The notes: generated from the sequence alone by a model not told the origin. A stretch of DNA of 64,000 nucleotides from Candidatus Magasanikiibacteriota bacterium (GCA_016207245.1 JACQQA010000012.1:5722-69721); one strand, 5' to 3'; numbered from the stretch's first letter, positions 41,334 to 50,705 are shown. Numbers and translations are program-made.

Positions 41334-42371
41334 TTACTCTAGCCATTTATAATTATTGAACGCCCATTCGGAGATTTTTTTTGCTTCATTAAATCTGGCC
41401 TCGTGGCTCTCCGCGCCTAAAATAACAACATCAACCACATGTCCGACACCGTCGCCAACCCGCATGGTGAAATTATAACCGGAAGCGGCAATATAACCGG
41501 TTTTTCCGCCATAAAATTCCTTAAATTGATGCGGAATCCAGCCTAAAAGCAGCCAGTCCGTATTCCACATGTGATGATTTTTTTCTCTCTCTTTTGAATA
41601 TAAATTATATTCGGTTGTCAACAGCGCCTTAGTAATTTTTTCTTTTTTCATTACTTCATTCAACAAAATCGCCGTGTCTGACGCGCTTGCCATATCTCCG
41701 GCATCCAATCCGGTGGGATCAACAAACACTGAATCAGCCATACCTAATTCGCGCGCTTTCTGATTCATGCGCTCTACAAACGCGGTTTCTGTCCAACCCA
41801 AAGCGCTCACTAATGATATGATGGCTTTGTTTGAAGAACCAATTAGACCCGCCTGCCACAATTCATCAAGCGTATACACATCACCGGCATACATATGCGC
41901 GTCTAAAGCGTCCTCTCCTATCACAATAGTTGAGGTAGCCCAGTCAGGATTATTTTCTAAAATAACCAGCGCGCTCATCAGTTTGGTGATACTGGCCAAC
42001 GGCCACTTGTCATATTCATTTTTGCGATACAACAATGCGCCAGTCTCGCGATCTTTTACCATTACGCTGTGCGCGGTAAAACTCTCCGGCGGCAAAATTT
42101 CTCCAATCAATTCCGGCAGTTGGGGTTTAACAATCGGCGGCGGAACTTCAATATCTCCGCCGATTTTAAATTTTTGCATTACTTTATTCGGTGTCAATGA
42201 TTCAATTTTTTCTAAAACCATTTGATTACCAACACCTAACTGCCTCAACAGTCCTCCGGCGCCAACCAAAACCAAAACTAATACGGCCACGACAGCGCGC
42301 CAGCGCTCGCCCTGAGCGAACGAAGTGAGTCGAAAGGGATTATTATTGTTTTCCAAAAAATTTAATGCCAT
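41334..42371 (-). CDS. D-alanyl-D-alanine carboxypeptidase (S11)
   Basis: SITK, SSN and KTG motifs. Confidence 0.9.
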   Translation of the reverse strand: MALNFLENNNNPFRLTSFAQGERWRAVVAVLVLVLVGAGGLLRQLGVGNQMVLEKIESLTPNKVMQKFKIGGDIEVPPPIVKPQLPELIGEILPPESFTAHSVMVKDRETGALLYRKNEYDKWPLASITKLMSALVILENNPDWATSTIVIGEDALDAHMYAGDVYTLDELWQAGLIGSSNKAIISLVSALGWTETAFVERMNQKARELGMADSVFVDPTGLDAGDMASASDTAILLNEVMKKEKITKALLTTEYNLYSKEREKNHHMWNTDWLLLGWIPHQFKEFYGGKTGYIAASGYNFTMRVGDGVGHVVDVVILGAESHEARFNEAKKISEWAFNNYKWLE

Positions 42372-42374
42372 AAG

Positions 42375-42923
42375 TCAACTCTGCTGTTCAGTGATATTAA
42401 GCGTGTTTTCCAAATGTTCGTGTTTATGCAGAGTTGAGTAATCTGGCAACTCTGACGCTGAACTGACGCCCAGATGCCGCAATGCTTCCATCGATAAACT
42501 ATAAACCGGCAGGGGTTTCTCTTGATCCTCATTCTCATCAATCAAACCACGCATTAATAAATTGCGCAAAATAATCGCGCAATTAACACCGCGGATCTGC
42601 TCCAATTCCGGCCGGGTAATCGGCCCGCGGTAAGCGATAACGGTTAGAGTTTCCAATTGCGGTTTGGTCAACTCCCCGGCCGCTTCATCTTTGATAAATA
42701 AATCGACTGCCGCGCTGTTGTCCGGATCAGTAGCCATTTGATAATTTTCGCCTTCATGCAAAATACGCAAACCGGATGCCGTTTGATTGTATCTTGCTTT
42801 CAAATCCTCCAGCGCCGATTCCACATCAACAGTTTTTTGCCCCAAGGCCTTGGCAATCTGCCGAGCGGACAGCGGCTTGGAAGCGACAAAGAGGATCGAT
42901 TCAATTTGAGAGGTCAGTGACAT
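42375..42923 (-). CDS. scpB: SMC-Scp subunit ScpB
   Basis: IESILF, LETLTVIAY.GPITRPELEQIRGVN. Confidence 0.95.
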   Translation of the reverse strand: MSLTSQIESILFVASKPLSARQIAKALGQKTVDVESALEDLKARYNQTASGLRILHEGENYQMATDPDNSAAVDLFIKDEAAGELTKPQLETLTVIAYRGPITRPELEQIRGVNCAIILRNLLMRGLIDENEDQEKPLPVYSLSMEALRHLGVSSASELPDYSTLHKHEHLENTLNITEQQS

Positions 42924-42935
42924 AAAAATAAAATG

Positions 42936-43631
42936 CTAACATGCTTTCACCCTTTCCATCATAATATCTTCAAAATTCCCCCCCTGTTTCAAAAAAATCC
43001 CTTCCTGTTTAACCAATTCCAGCAAAGCCAAAAAACTCACAATCAGTTCCGTCCGGCTTCTGCTACCCTTGAGAATGCCGAACAAACTTGCCTGCTTCGC
43101 CCTTGCCAATATTTTTTTAATCTCTTCAATTTTTTCTTTCACGGAAACAGTTTTATCAATCTGCGTCTGCGGCAATGGCGGCAGTGGCTTCAACTTCCTA
43201 ATTAGTTTCTCCAAACTTGACCGCAGATTTTCAGCGGAAAAATTTTTCGGCGGGATAAATTCAGCTGGACGGCGGGGCGGTTCCACCCTAAATACCGAAC
43301 GCCGCGGCTCGTTCCAGCGCCGATTAAACTTCTTGCTTGCTGAAATAAACGCCTGATAAAGCCGTAGTTGATCTGCCAAAGATGGTCCGTCTTCCTCATC
43401 CTTGCCCAATTGCGGCAATAATTCTCTGGATTTAATAAACAACAACCGAGTGGCCACCACTAAAAAATCGGCCAAGTCTTCCGGCCGCTTATCCTCTATT
43501 TTGGAAAGATGATCCAAAAACTGTTCCGTAACTTCCGACAGCGCCAGTTCGCTCACGCTCATTTGCTTTTCTTCTATCAAGTTAAGCAGAACATCCAATG
43601 GACCGGAAAACTTGTCTAGTTTGAAATGCAT
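42936..43631 (-). CDS. scpA: SMC-Scp subunit ScpA
   Basis: FSGPLDVLL, FLALLELVK; start MHFKLD. Confidence 0.93.
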   Translation of the reverse strand: MHFKLDKFSGPLDVLLNLIEEKQMSVSELALSEVTEQFLDHLSKIEDKRPEDLADFLVVATRLLFIKSRELLPQLGKDEEDGPSLADQLRLYQAFISASKKFNRRWNEPRRSVFRVEPPRRPAEFIPPKNFSAENLRSSLEKLIRKLKPLPPLPQTQIDKTVSVKEKIEEIKKILARAKQASLFGILKGSRSRTELIVSFLALLELVKQEGIFLKQGGNFEDIMMERVKAC

Positions 43632-43639
43632 AACGACAA

Positions 43640-43733
43640 AAAACAGAATACCGATAGCAGAATGCCACGAGTTGGCGATAGCAGTTAAAAATTCTTCGCA
43701 AATGTATTCTGTTATCTGATTTCTGTATTCTGA
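43640..43733. repeat. Inverted heptamer-array element (same family as 5134-5258)
   Basis: ACAGAAT ACCGATA GCAGAAT ... TATTCTG TTATCTG ATTTCTG TATTCTG. Confidence 0.75.
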
Positions 43734-43743
43734 AAACCAATTT

Positions 43744-45108
43744 TCAATCCTTTTTTTGTTTATATTCCGGCGGAGAAATCTGCAAATCAATCCGGTTTAA
43801 GTCGCGCGGGAACAGCGTGGCGTATTTGATATTATCAATATCCAGCAGTTTGGCGGTCATGCGCTCCAAACCGATTGCCAGCCCGCCTTCCGGAGGCATG
43901 CCATATTTAAACGCCTCCAAATAAAACTCAAATTTTTCCGGCTTTAAGCCCCACTTTTTAATATTGGCAACCAACTGATCATAATCATTAATACGCTGAC
44001 CGCCGGTGGTCACCTCTACCCCGCGGAAAAGCAGATCAAAACTCTTGGTAAATTCCGGATCGGTTTCATCAGGATAAGTATACATTGGACGTTTGACGGT
44101 TGGATAATGCGTTACAAAAACAAAATCCGACTGAAATTTTTTCTTTGCATACTCACAGATCCATTTTTCTTCATTCGGTTCTAAATCAGGCTCTTTGGTG
44201 TGGTCAATTTTTGTTTCTTGTTTAATTATTTCCTGCGCCTCGCGTAATTTGAAAACCGGTATTTTTTCCGGCAATTCCGGACGAATATAATTTAATAATT
44301 TTAATTCCCGCGCGACTGTTTTATCCAGATGATCCAACAAAAAGCGCAAAAATTTTGTTTCCAATTCCATGACATCGGTATGGTCTTTTATCATGCCAAA
44401 TTCCAAATCCAAACTGGTATATTCATTTATATGACGCGTAGTGGCATGCTCCTCGGCGCGGTAAACATTGCCGACCGTGAACACGCGCTCAAACGCGCCA
44501 ACCATTATTTGCTTATAAAACTGCGGACTTTGCGCCAAATATGCTTTGGTATCAAAATATTTAATTTCAAAAACATTGGAGCCACCCTCGGTGGAATCAC
44601 CAACGATTTTTGGACACTGAAATTCAGTAAAACTTTCACCGCGCAAAAATGCCCGAAACGCTTCCACGATTTCGCTCTGCACCTTAAACACTGCACGCCA
44701 CTTTTCAGAGCGCAATGTGAGCGGTAAATTATCCAAATGCACGTCTAAACCGATTTTCTCGTCCTCTAAATCCAACGGCAGTGGCTCGGCTTTTGCCAAC
44801 ACTTTAAATCCTTTTGCCAACACCTCAATTTCGCCGGTGGCCAAATTCGGATTAATATTTTTTACCCCGCGTTTATTTACCAGACCCTTGATTTCAACTA
44901 CATACTCGCTATGAACGTCTTTAAGTAAATCATAATCCACGCCCAAATCATTTGGCACGCAAACTACCTGGACTAAACCGGCGCGGTCGCGCACATCCAA
45001 AAACACAATTTTGCCCAAATTGCGTCTAGTCTGCACCCAGCCGGCGATAGTTACTTCTTGGCCGACATGATTGACATTAAGTTCTCCGCAAGTGTTTGTA
45101 CGATTCAT
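43744..45108 (-). CDS. aspS: Aspartate-tRNA ligase, short archaeal-type (probably non-discriminating)
   Basis: OB fold, LAQSPQFYKQ, YRAE, GLAIGLER; no GAD domain. Confidence 0.9.
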   Translation of the reverse strand: MNRTNTCGELNVNHVGQEVTIAGWVQTRRNLGKIVFLDVRDRAGLVQVVCVPNDLGVDYDLLKDVHSEYVVEIKGLVNKRGVKNINPNLATGEIEVLAKGFKVLAKAEPLPLDLEDEKIGLDVHLDNLPLTLRSEKWRAVFKVQSEIVEAFRAFLRGESFTEFQCPKIVGDSTEGGSNVFEIKYFDTKAYLAQSPQFYKQIMVGAFERVFTVGNVYRAEEHATTRHINEYTSLDLEFGMIKDHTDVMELETKFLRFLLDHLDKTVARELKLLNYIRPELPEKIPVFKLREAQEIIKQETKIDHTKEPDLEPNEEKWICEYAKKKFQSDFVFVTHYPTVKRPMYTYPDETDPEFTKSFDLLFRGVEVTTGGQRINDYDQLVANIKKWGLKPEKFEFYLEAFKYGMPPEGGLAIGLERMTAKLLDIDNIKYATLFPRDLNRIDLQISPPEYKQKKD

Positions 45109-45343
45109 AACATCGATTAAAATAAACTAAAAAACAGATTCAGACAGACAACATTCAGTTTTAATCATCATCTTTATCAGTCTAAATCAATGCTTATATT
45201 CTACCAATTCTTGGCTTTTTTGGCAAGACTAAAACAAAAACCCCCCGACGTAAAGTCAGGGGTCGCTCTTAATATTCATCAAAAAAATAAATATTCAGAG
45301 GGATTTTGCGCGCTGGGTGTCACAGCGCGCGAGGTGGGGTAGA

Positions 45344-46399
45344 TTAATCATCGTACCAGCACAACGAATAGACATTATCGTCACTATCGTAGACTTTTTG
45401 ACAGGAGGTGTGCGGGAAGATGTTAGTTGGGCAGTCGGCGTCCGACTCGCAGTTGCAGAATGATGGATCGCCGTCATCACACCCCAGCGGGCAGATAGTT
45501 TGCGCCTTAAAGGGGTAAGTGCAGATGCTGTCCACGCACTTGCGATCTTTCATACCCGTGACGTACCAAACACCATCTTTGCATGAAGGAAGGTACGCGA
45601 CGTTCAAGTCACAGTCCTCATCGGACTCACACGGGCCCCATCCCGATGCGCAACCTCCAGTTTGGTAGTCGCACACATCGATGGTATCAGGGTCTCCATC
45701 GTTGCAGTCCGGCACATGCTCACACTGTTGGGAGACAGTACTGAAAAAGTCTACTGTGCAAGCGATGCTGTCATCGCAGTTTCCGTAGGGGTATTTCTGG
45801 CATTTAGCCGGAAAGAAGCTATCATCGTAACAATACCCATCCGGACCCAAAGCATCCTTACAGTCTTCGTACTCCACTAAATGTTCGCATTTGCCGTACA
45901 CGCATATGAACGTGTCCGACGATTCGTATGCCAGGTTGTCGCCCTGGCACCATGTAAGGTTGTTCCAGAATATATCTAACGTTCCGTTCGAATACGCAAG
46001 TTGGCAGTCGAACCCATCTTTGCACAACGTGCAGTAGGGTTCCTTGATTTTCGCGCACCCGCCCCCCTCCCATGTAGAGTGTACGCAGGCGTTGTCTTTG
46101 TACTCCTCCCCTTCTTCGCACGACCCAATGCAGTGTGGAATGGTAGCATGAGCGCAGTGTCTGTCTTGCGGATAGTATTTTTCCACAGTGCACGGATCAC
46201 CATCGTCGTCGCAGTCTTCATCAATTGTGCGTAGCCCGACATTGCTGTCAGCGTCGATGGAGGACGTCGTGTCCACATCACCGCTGTCCTCCGACGTGGA
46301 CTGGTAGGCGGTATCAACCGAGAGACTGGAACCGGAATCGGGACAGGCGGTCAGAAACAAAAACGAGAACAGGAACATGGTCGTCACGAAACGGTACAT
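45344..46399 (-). CDS. Cys/Asp-rich lipoprotein
   Basis: Lipobox FLTAC; CDDDGDPCT / CDDSIACT / CNDGDPDT repeats; GC-rich. Confidence 0.75.
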   Translation of the reverse strand: MYRFVTTMFLFSFLFLTACPDSGSSLSVDTAYQSTSEDSGDVDTTSSIDADSNVGLRTIDEDCDDDGDPCTVEKYYPQDRHCAHATIPHCIGSCEEGEEYKDNACVHSTWEGGGCAKIKEPYCTLCKDGFDCQLAYSNGTLDIFWNNLTWCQGDNLAYESSDTFICVYGKCEHLVEYEDCKDALGPDGYCYDDSFFPAKCQKYPYGNCDDSIACTVDFFSTVSQQCEHVPDCNDGDPDTIDVCDYQTGGCASGWGPCESDEDCDLNVAYLPSCKDGVWYVTGMKDRKCVDSICTYPFKAQTICPLGCDDGDPSFCNCESDADCPTNIFPHTSCQKVYDSDDNVYSLCWYDD

Positions 46400-46427
46400 G
46401 GTAATCTCCCTTGCGCGATTGCGCAAT

Positions 46428-46599
46428 TATTGTAAAGTATGCCCGGGACACCATTGTCCCAAACACTCCATCCAACAGATCACCATATATTTACTTGATC
46501 TTCTAGATGGAATGTTTAGGAATTCCGGACTATTGTAAAAGAGCTGTTTCACTGTAAAAGTGAATAAATTATCTTAACAAAAAAATTAACTCTTGTCAA
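46428..46599 (-). promoter_or_regulatory. Promoter, boxA-like motif and structured leader
   Basis: TTGACA-N17-TAAGAT; GCTCTTTTACAATA at 46531-46544; long hairpin at 46458-46520. Confidence 0.6.
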
Positions 46600-46625
46600 T
46601 CTTGAATTGTGGATAAACGTTCCGC

Positions 46626-47705
46626 CTAATTTTGTGCGGATTTCCTCAACTTACACACAAAAAACCCCTCAATCTCCTTTGTCGGCATTATCCGCAGGGC
46701 TTTTTTGACAACATCTGGATTTACCACCTTATTTTTCCACAACTTCACACACGACAATCGCCGAATATCTAATACTCCAATATCCAATATCTCGCCATCG
46801 CCATTCCGTTCCAAAAATTTCGTCATCTGCAATTCGTTCTCCTCCGGCGCGAAGGTGCAAGTGGAATAAACTAAAATCCCGCCGGGTTTTAGCGCGCTCC
46901 AGGCGGCGAGCAAAAGCCCCCATTGCTTATACGTCATTTCTTTTATTTTTTGCTCTTTCCAATAACCGTGGGTTTTCGGCTCGCCGGCGATAAACCGCGC
47001 TTCGGCGCTGCAGGGGGCGTCAAGCAATATCTTGTCAAAATATTCCGGATACTCGCGGCACAGAGCGCCGCCGTGCTCCATCCTCAACGAAAACCGCCAA
47101 CTGTCATTGCGAGCGACCGAAGGGAGCGCGGCAATCCAGTATCCGTCCTGGATTGCTTCGTCCCCCGCCATGGCGGGGTCCTCGCAATGACAGACGATAC
47201 CGAGCGCCTCCATATTATGCTTTAACTTAAAAAATCTAATTTTGTTATTATCATTCGCCACTAATTCACCTCTTAGCCCTCCGCCCAAGGCGGATCCGTC
47301 TGGGTCGGACATCAACGCCGCGATCTGCGAAGTTTTGCTTCCGGGCGCGGCGGTCAAATCCAAAACTTTTTCTCCGGGTTGGGGATCCAAAACCAACGGC
47401 GGAATCATACTCGCCAAACTTTGGATATAAATTTTTCCCTCATTATAAATATCCAAATCCGTTAATTCTCTTTTGCTTTTGTTTAACAAAATAAACGCGT
47501 CTTTATACCACGAAACTTGTCTGATCTTAAATCCTCGCTCAACGAGTGATGTAGTGATGATGTGATGCGGTGATTTAAGTGTATTAACGCGAAAAGTAGT
47601 AGAACGTTCAACAAAAGTTTTCTCAATCTCGCGAAACAAAGAAACGCCAAACATCTCTGTCAGGCGCTCTAAAAATTTTTCCGGCAGACTACGATCATGG
47701 AACAT
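46626..47705 (-). CDS. RsmB/RsmF (NOL1/NOP2) RNA m5C methyltransferase
   Basis: AAPGSKT, ILLDAPCS, YSTCT..PEENE. Confidence 0.92.
   Translation of the reverse strand: MFHDRSLPEKFLERLTEMFGVSLFREIEKTFVERSTTFRVNTLKSPHHIITTSLVERGFKIRQVSWYKDAFILLNKSKRELTDLDIYNEGKIYIQSLASMIPPLVLDPQPGEKVLDLTAAPGSKTSQIAALMSDPDGSALGGGLRGELVANDNNKIRFFKLKHNMEALGIVCHCEDPAMAGDEAIQDGYWIAALPSVARNDSWRFSLRMEHGGALCREYPEYFDKILLDAPCSAEARFIAGEPKTHGYWKEQKIKEMTYKQWGLLLAAWSALKPGGILVYSTCTFAPEENELQMTKFLERNGDGEILDIGVLDIRRLSCVKLWKNKVVNPDVVKKALRIMPTKEIEGFFVCKLRKSAQN
47101..47193. repeat. 93-bp REP doublet in-frame in the methyltransferase
   Basis: CTGTCATTGCGAG...CTCGCAATGACAG; encodes CHCEDPAMAGDEAIQDGYWIAALPSVARND. Confidence 0.92.
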
Positions 47706-48130
47706 AGAACATGGAACAACTACCGCCCGAGCTTCCTTCTAATACCTTCATTGGTACTATAAAGCATAGCGCTGATTTCGTTTTCTAAAGTTTTTGCCTT
47801 TTTGTATTCTTCTTCAGTGATATGTCCTAAATTCTTTGCTAAAAATTTAACATAAATTGACTCTTTCAAAGAGCCAAAAGATGTTTCGTAAAAATTCAAT
47901 TTTACCGCGTCCCGCATTCTTGCATAACCTTCCAAATAATTCAACATCACCGAGACTGACGCTCGCCGATCTTGCGAAATCAAACCGAACCGTTCATCAG
48001 GTGGATACTTCGCGCTTAATCTATAACTTAACAAAACATATTCATGAATCAAAACTTTCAATCTATCATGAAAATAATGCTCCTCCATAAATTTGTTAAA
48101 TGCTCAATGTTCCATTCTCCATGTTCCATC
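47694..48130. mobile_element. Four-helix-bundle gene cassette bounded by inverted heptamer arrays
   Basis: AACATGG-type array at 47694-47719 and GTTCCAT-type array at 48095-48130. Confidence 0.6.
47720..48088 (-). CDS. Four helix bundle protein (23S rRNA IVP-like family)
   Basis: PPDERFGLISQDRRASVSVMLNYLEG...FYETSFGSLKE. Confidence 0.9.
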   Translation of the reverse strand: MEEHYFHDRLKVLIHEYVLLSYRLSAKYPPDERFGLISQDRRASVSVMLNYLEGYARMRDAVKLNFYETSFGSLKESIYVKFLAKNLGHITEEEYKKAKTLENEISAMLYSTNEGIRRKLGR

Positions 48131-48132
48131 CG

Positions 48133-49452
48133 TCATGGTCTCAAACGATTAATCGTCCGCGGAAAGGGAACACACTCTCTGATGTGCTCGGCGCCGGAAA
48201 TCCAACGCACGACGCGCTCCACGCCAATACCAAAGCCGGAATGCGGCACCGAACCATATTTGCGCAAGTCTAAGTACCATTCATAATCTTTCTCGCTCAA
48301 ACCTTCGTGACCGATTCTCTCTATCAACAAATCATAATCATCCTCGCGCTGGGACCCGCCGATTAGCTCACCCGCGCCCTCAATCCCGATTAAATCATCA
48401 TTCAAAACCAAATCTGAATTTCCCGGATCTATTTTCATATAAAACGGCTTAATATTTTTAGGCCATTTTTCTATAAACACCGGCACGTCAGAATCTTTTG
48501 TTAAAAGCCCCTCGTCATCATTACCCAAATCCTCGCCATGTTTTATATCACTGCCTAATTTATTTAACTTTTTAATCGCCTCATCATAAGTATAACGAAC
48601 AAAAGGTTTATCAACCATCACCCTCAAAGCAGTCACATCGCGTTCCAAAATTTTAAATTCTTGTTGGCAATCTTCCAAACATTTTTTTACTATCGCCTTA
48701 ACTAAATTTTCTTGAATTTTCAAGTTTTCGTCATGTTCCACAAACGCGGCTTCAGCATCCATCATCCAAAACTCGGTCAAATGGCGTTTAGTCGCTGATT
48801 TTTCCGCGCGAAAAACCGGGCCAAAATCATAACACCGCCCGACTGACGCGATCGCGGCTTCAATATATAACTGGCCGGATTGAGATAAATAAGCTGTGCC
48901 TAAATCAAAATATGGCACGGGGAAAAGCGTGGTCGTGCCTTCGCAGGCATTTGGAGTAAAAATCGGCGAGTCAGTACGGATAAAATTCTCGCTGTGCAGA
49001 TATTTGTTAATCGCGGTCTCCACCGTGTCTCTAATCCGCAAAATCGCCCATTGTTTTTTTGACCGCAACCACAAATGCCGATTATCCATCAAAAATTCCG
49101 GCCCATGGTCTTTTTTGCTTATTGGGTATTCTTGCGCGAGTTGTATAATCTTGAAACTTGCTTGCCCTGAGCTTGCCGAAGGGATAATTTGCAACTCATA
49201 CACCCCTTCCTGCTTCGGATGCTTTGTGACTTTCCCCGTCACTTCAACCGATGACTCCTGCGTCGTCTTATCAATCGCTTCCCAAACTTCCGCCGGTAAA
49301 CCTTCTTTCACTGCCACGGCCTGCGCAAAACCAGAACCATCGCGGATTTCCAAAAACGCAATCTTGCCGGACGAACGTTTGTTGTTCAGCCAGCCTTTAA
49401 TTGTTACCTCCTCACCGACTTCGGTTGATAAATCTTTGATAAATGTTTGCAT
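48133..49452 (-). CDS. asnS: Asparagine-tRNA ligase
   Basis: YLSQSGQLY, FRAEKS..RHLTEFWM, ELIGGSQRE, PHSGFGIG. Confidence 0.96.
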   Translation of the reverse strand: MQTFIKDLSTEVGEEVTIKGWLNNKRSSGKIAFLEIRDGSGFAQAVAVKEGLPAEVWEAIDKTTQESSVEVTGKVTKHPKQEGVYELQIIPSASSGQASFKIIQLAQEYPISKKDHGPEFLMDNRHLWLRSKKQWAILRIRDTVETAINKYLHSENFIRTDSPIFTPNACEGTTTLFPVPYFDLGTAYLSQSGQLYIEAAIASVGRCYDFGPVFRAEKSATKRHLTEFWMMDAEAAFVEHDENLKIQENLVKAIVKKCLEDCQQEFKILERDVTALRVMVDKPFVRYTYDEAIKKLNKLGSDIKHGEDLGNDDEGLLTKDSDVPVFIEKWPKNIKPFYMKIDPGNSDLVLNDDLIGIEGAGELIGGSQREDDYDLLIERIGHEGLSEKDYEWYLDLRKYGSVPHSGFGIGVERVVRWISGAEHIRECVPFPRTINRLRP

Positions 49453-49459
49453 ATTTTCC

Positions 49460-49538
49460 AGACTTAAGACATAAGGCGTATGACGTAAGACGATAGATAA
49501 GAAAATCGTCCTAAACCCTATGCCCTACACCCTACGTC
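49460..49538. repeat. Inverted heptamer-array element upstream of asnS
   Basis: TTAAGAC ATAAGGC GTATGAC GTAAGAC ... GTCCTAA ACCCTAT GCCCTAC ACCCTAC. Confidence 0.7.
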
Positions 49539-49690
49539 AGATTTTACCATTTTCCGCTTAAATAAGCAAGATTAAAAATGATGAAGCCCGATCGGATGAC
49601 CGGGCGAAGGTGGGTATCCGCCCAAGGCGGACAAGTTCGCGCGAGGCGAATAAGAAAAAAGAGCAACGGAGGAAGTGGCTGGCGTCGTTT

Positions 49691-50170
49691 TTATTGATCC
49701 TTCAAGACCAGAAATGCCGGATAAGAGTATCGCCATTGAATGTTGCGCCGTTCGACAAAGAGATCCCGGGTGTGGGGGCTGAACACCAACACATTCGCCC
49801 CATCGTCTTGGCCCAATGCGATTATATTGGCACTGCGCGCCATGAAATCCGTATCGCGCGGAAGGTGCGGATTAAGCGCATATCGCAACATGGCGAATGT
49901 CCCTCCCGGCGTCTGATGCCGTTTGCGCATTTCCGCCAACACTTGCATTCTCGTGACCGGCGGCTCAAAGAACACGGCGACGACATCGTCGGCAGACAGA
50001 TCGGCCTGCAGTGCCGGCAAGCGGCGCAGTAACGCTATCACCTTCTCGTCTATTGAAGGAAGATGGAGCGTCTTGAGCAGAGCGTCTAGTAGCGAATCCC
50101 ACTGCACAGCGACCACGCTGGCAGGTTCAGCGGAACTTTTCCGCTTTGTTCTGGGTACCATGACCACCAT
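49691..50170 (-). CDS. Hypothetical GC-rich protein
   Basis: AAGGA RBS; no recognisable motif. Confidence 0.5.
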   Translation of the reverse strand: MVVMVPRTKRKSSAEPASVVAVQWDSLLDALLKTLHLPSIDEKVIALLRRLPALQADLSADDVVAVFFEPPVTRMQVLAEMRKRHQTPGGTFAMLRYALNPHLPRDTDFMARSANIIALGQDDGANVLVFSPHTRDLFVERRNIQWRYSYPAFLVLKDQ

Positions 50171-50221
50171 CCTTTCTATTTGTTTGTGTGGTTATATTAA
50201 AATACTAACACTAAATGTTTT

Positions 50222-50683
50222 TTATTTCAAGATAATCCCCTTTCGCAATTCTCTCCGAGATTCCCGACATTTCGGCACGGCCACCGCCAACAAATTCCAA
50301 AAATCGCGCGAGTGGTTGAATTCCCGCAAATGGCACAATTCATGCGCGATAATATACTCGGCTAATCTTTCCGGTAAAAAAATAATTTTATAATTAAAAT
50401 TCAGATTCCCCTTTTTGGAACAACTGCCCCAACGGGTCTTTTGATTCCTGATTGATATTTTTTTAAAAGAAAAATTATAAATTTTATTCATATTTTCTAC
50501 TTTCTTAAGAACAAACTCGCGCGCTTGCTCGCGGCGTTTTTTATACTCACGCTTGCCGCCGCCAATCCGCACGATTTTACCCATCACCCGCGCGTCGCAA
50601 TGCACCGCCACCCGCAACCGCTGAGCGCGGAGGCTTTTTTTAATTTGATACTCAATTTCGCGATTGTTTAGAAGCGTTTTCAT
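50222..50683 (-). CDS. YgjP/DUF45-like zinc metallopeptidase-family protein (short)
   Basis: KTRWGSCS, HELCH..NHS. Confidence 0.85.
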   Translation of the reverse strand: MKTLLNNREIEYQIKKSLRAQRLRVAVHCDARVMGKIVRIGGGKREYKKRREQAREFVLKKVENMNKIYNFSFKKISIRNQKTRWGSCSKKGNLNFNYKIIFLPERLAEYIIAHELCHLREFNHSRDFWNLLAVAVPKCRESRRELRKGIILK

Positions 50684-50705
50684 TTGATAATTATAACATA
50701 CAATT

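Noticed and set aside
43632-43790. N-terminal extensions of scpA (similarly pheS, parB, adk, apt, ruvX) in the ORF track
   Set aside because: They run through repeats or upstream genes; downstream ATGs match the family N-termini.
47720-48088. Diversity-generating retroelement (Avd-like gene)
   Set aside because: No reverse transcriptase or TR/VR pair with adenine-specific mismatches seen in the window.
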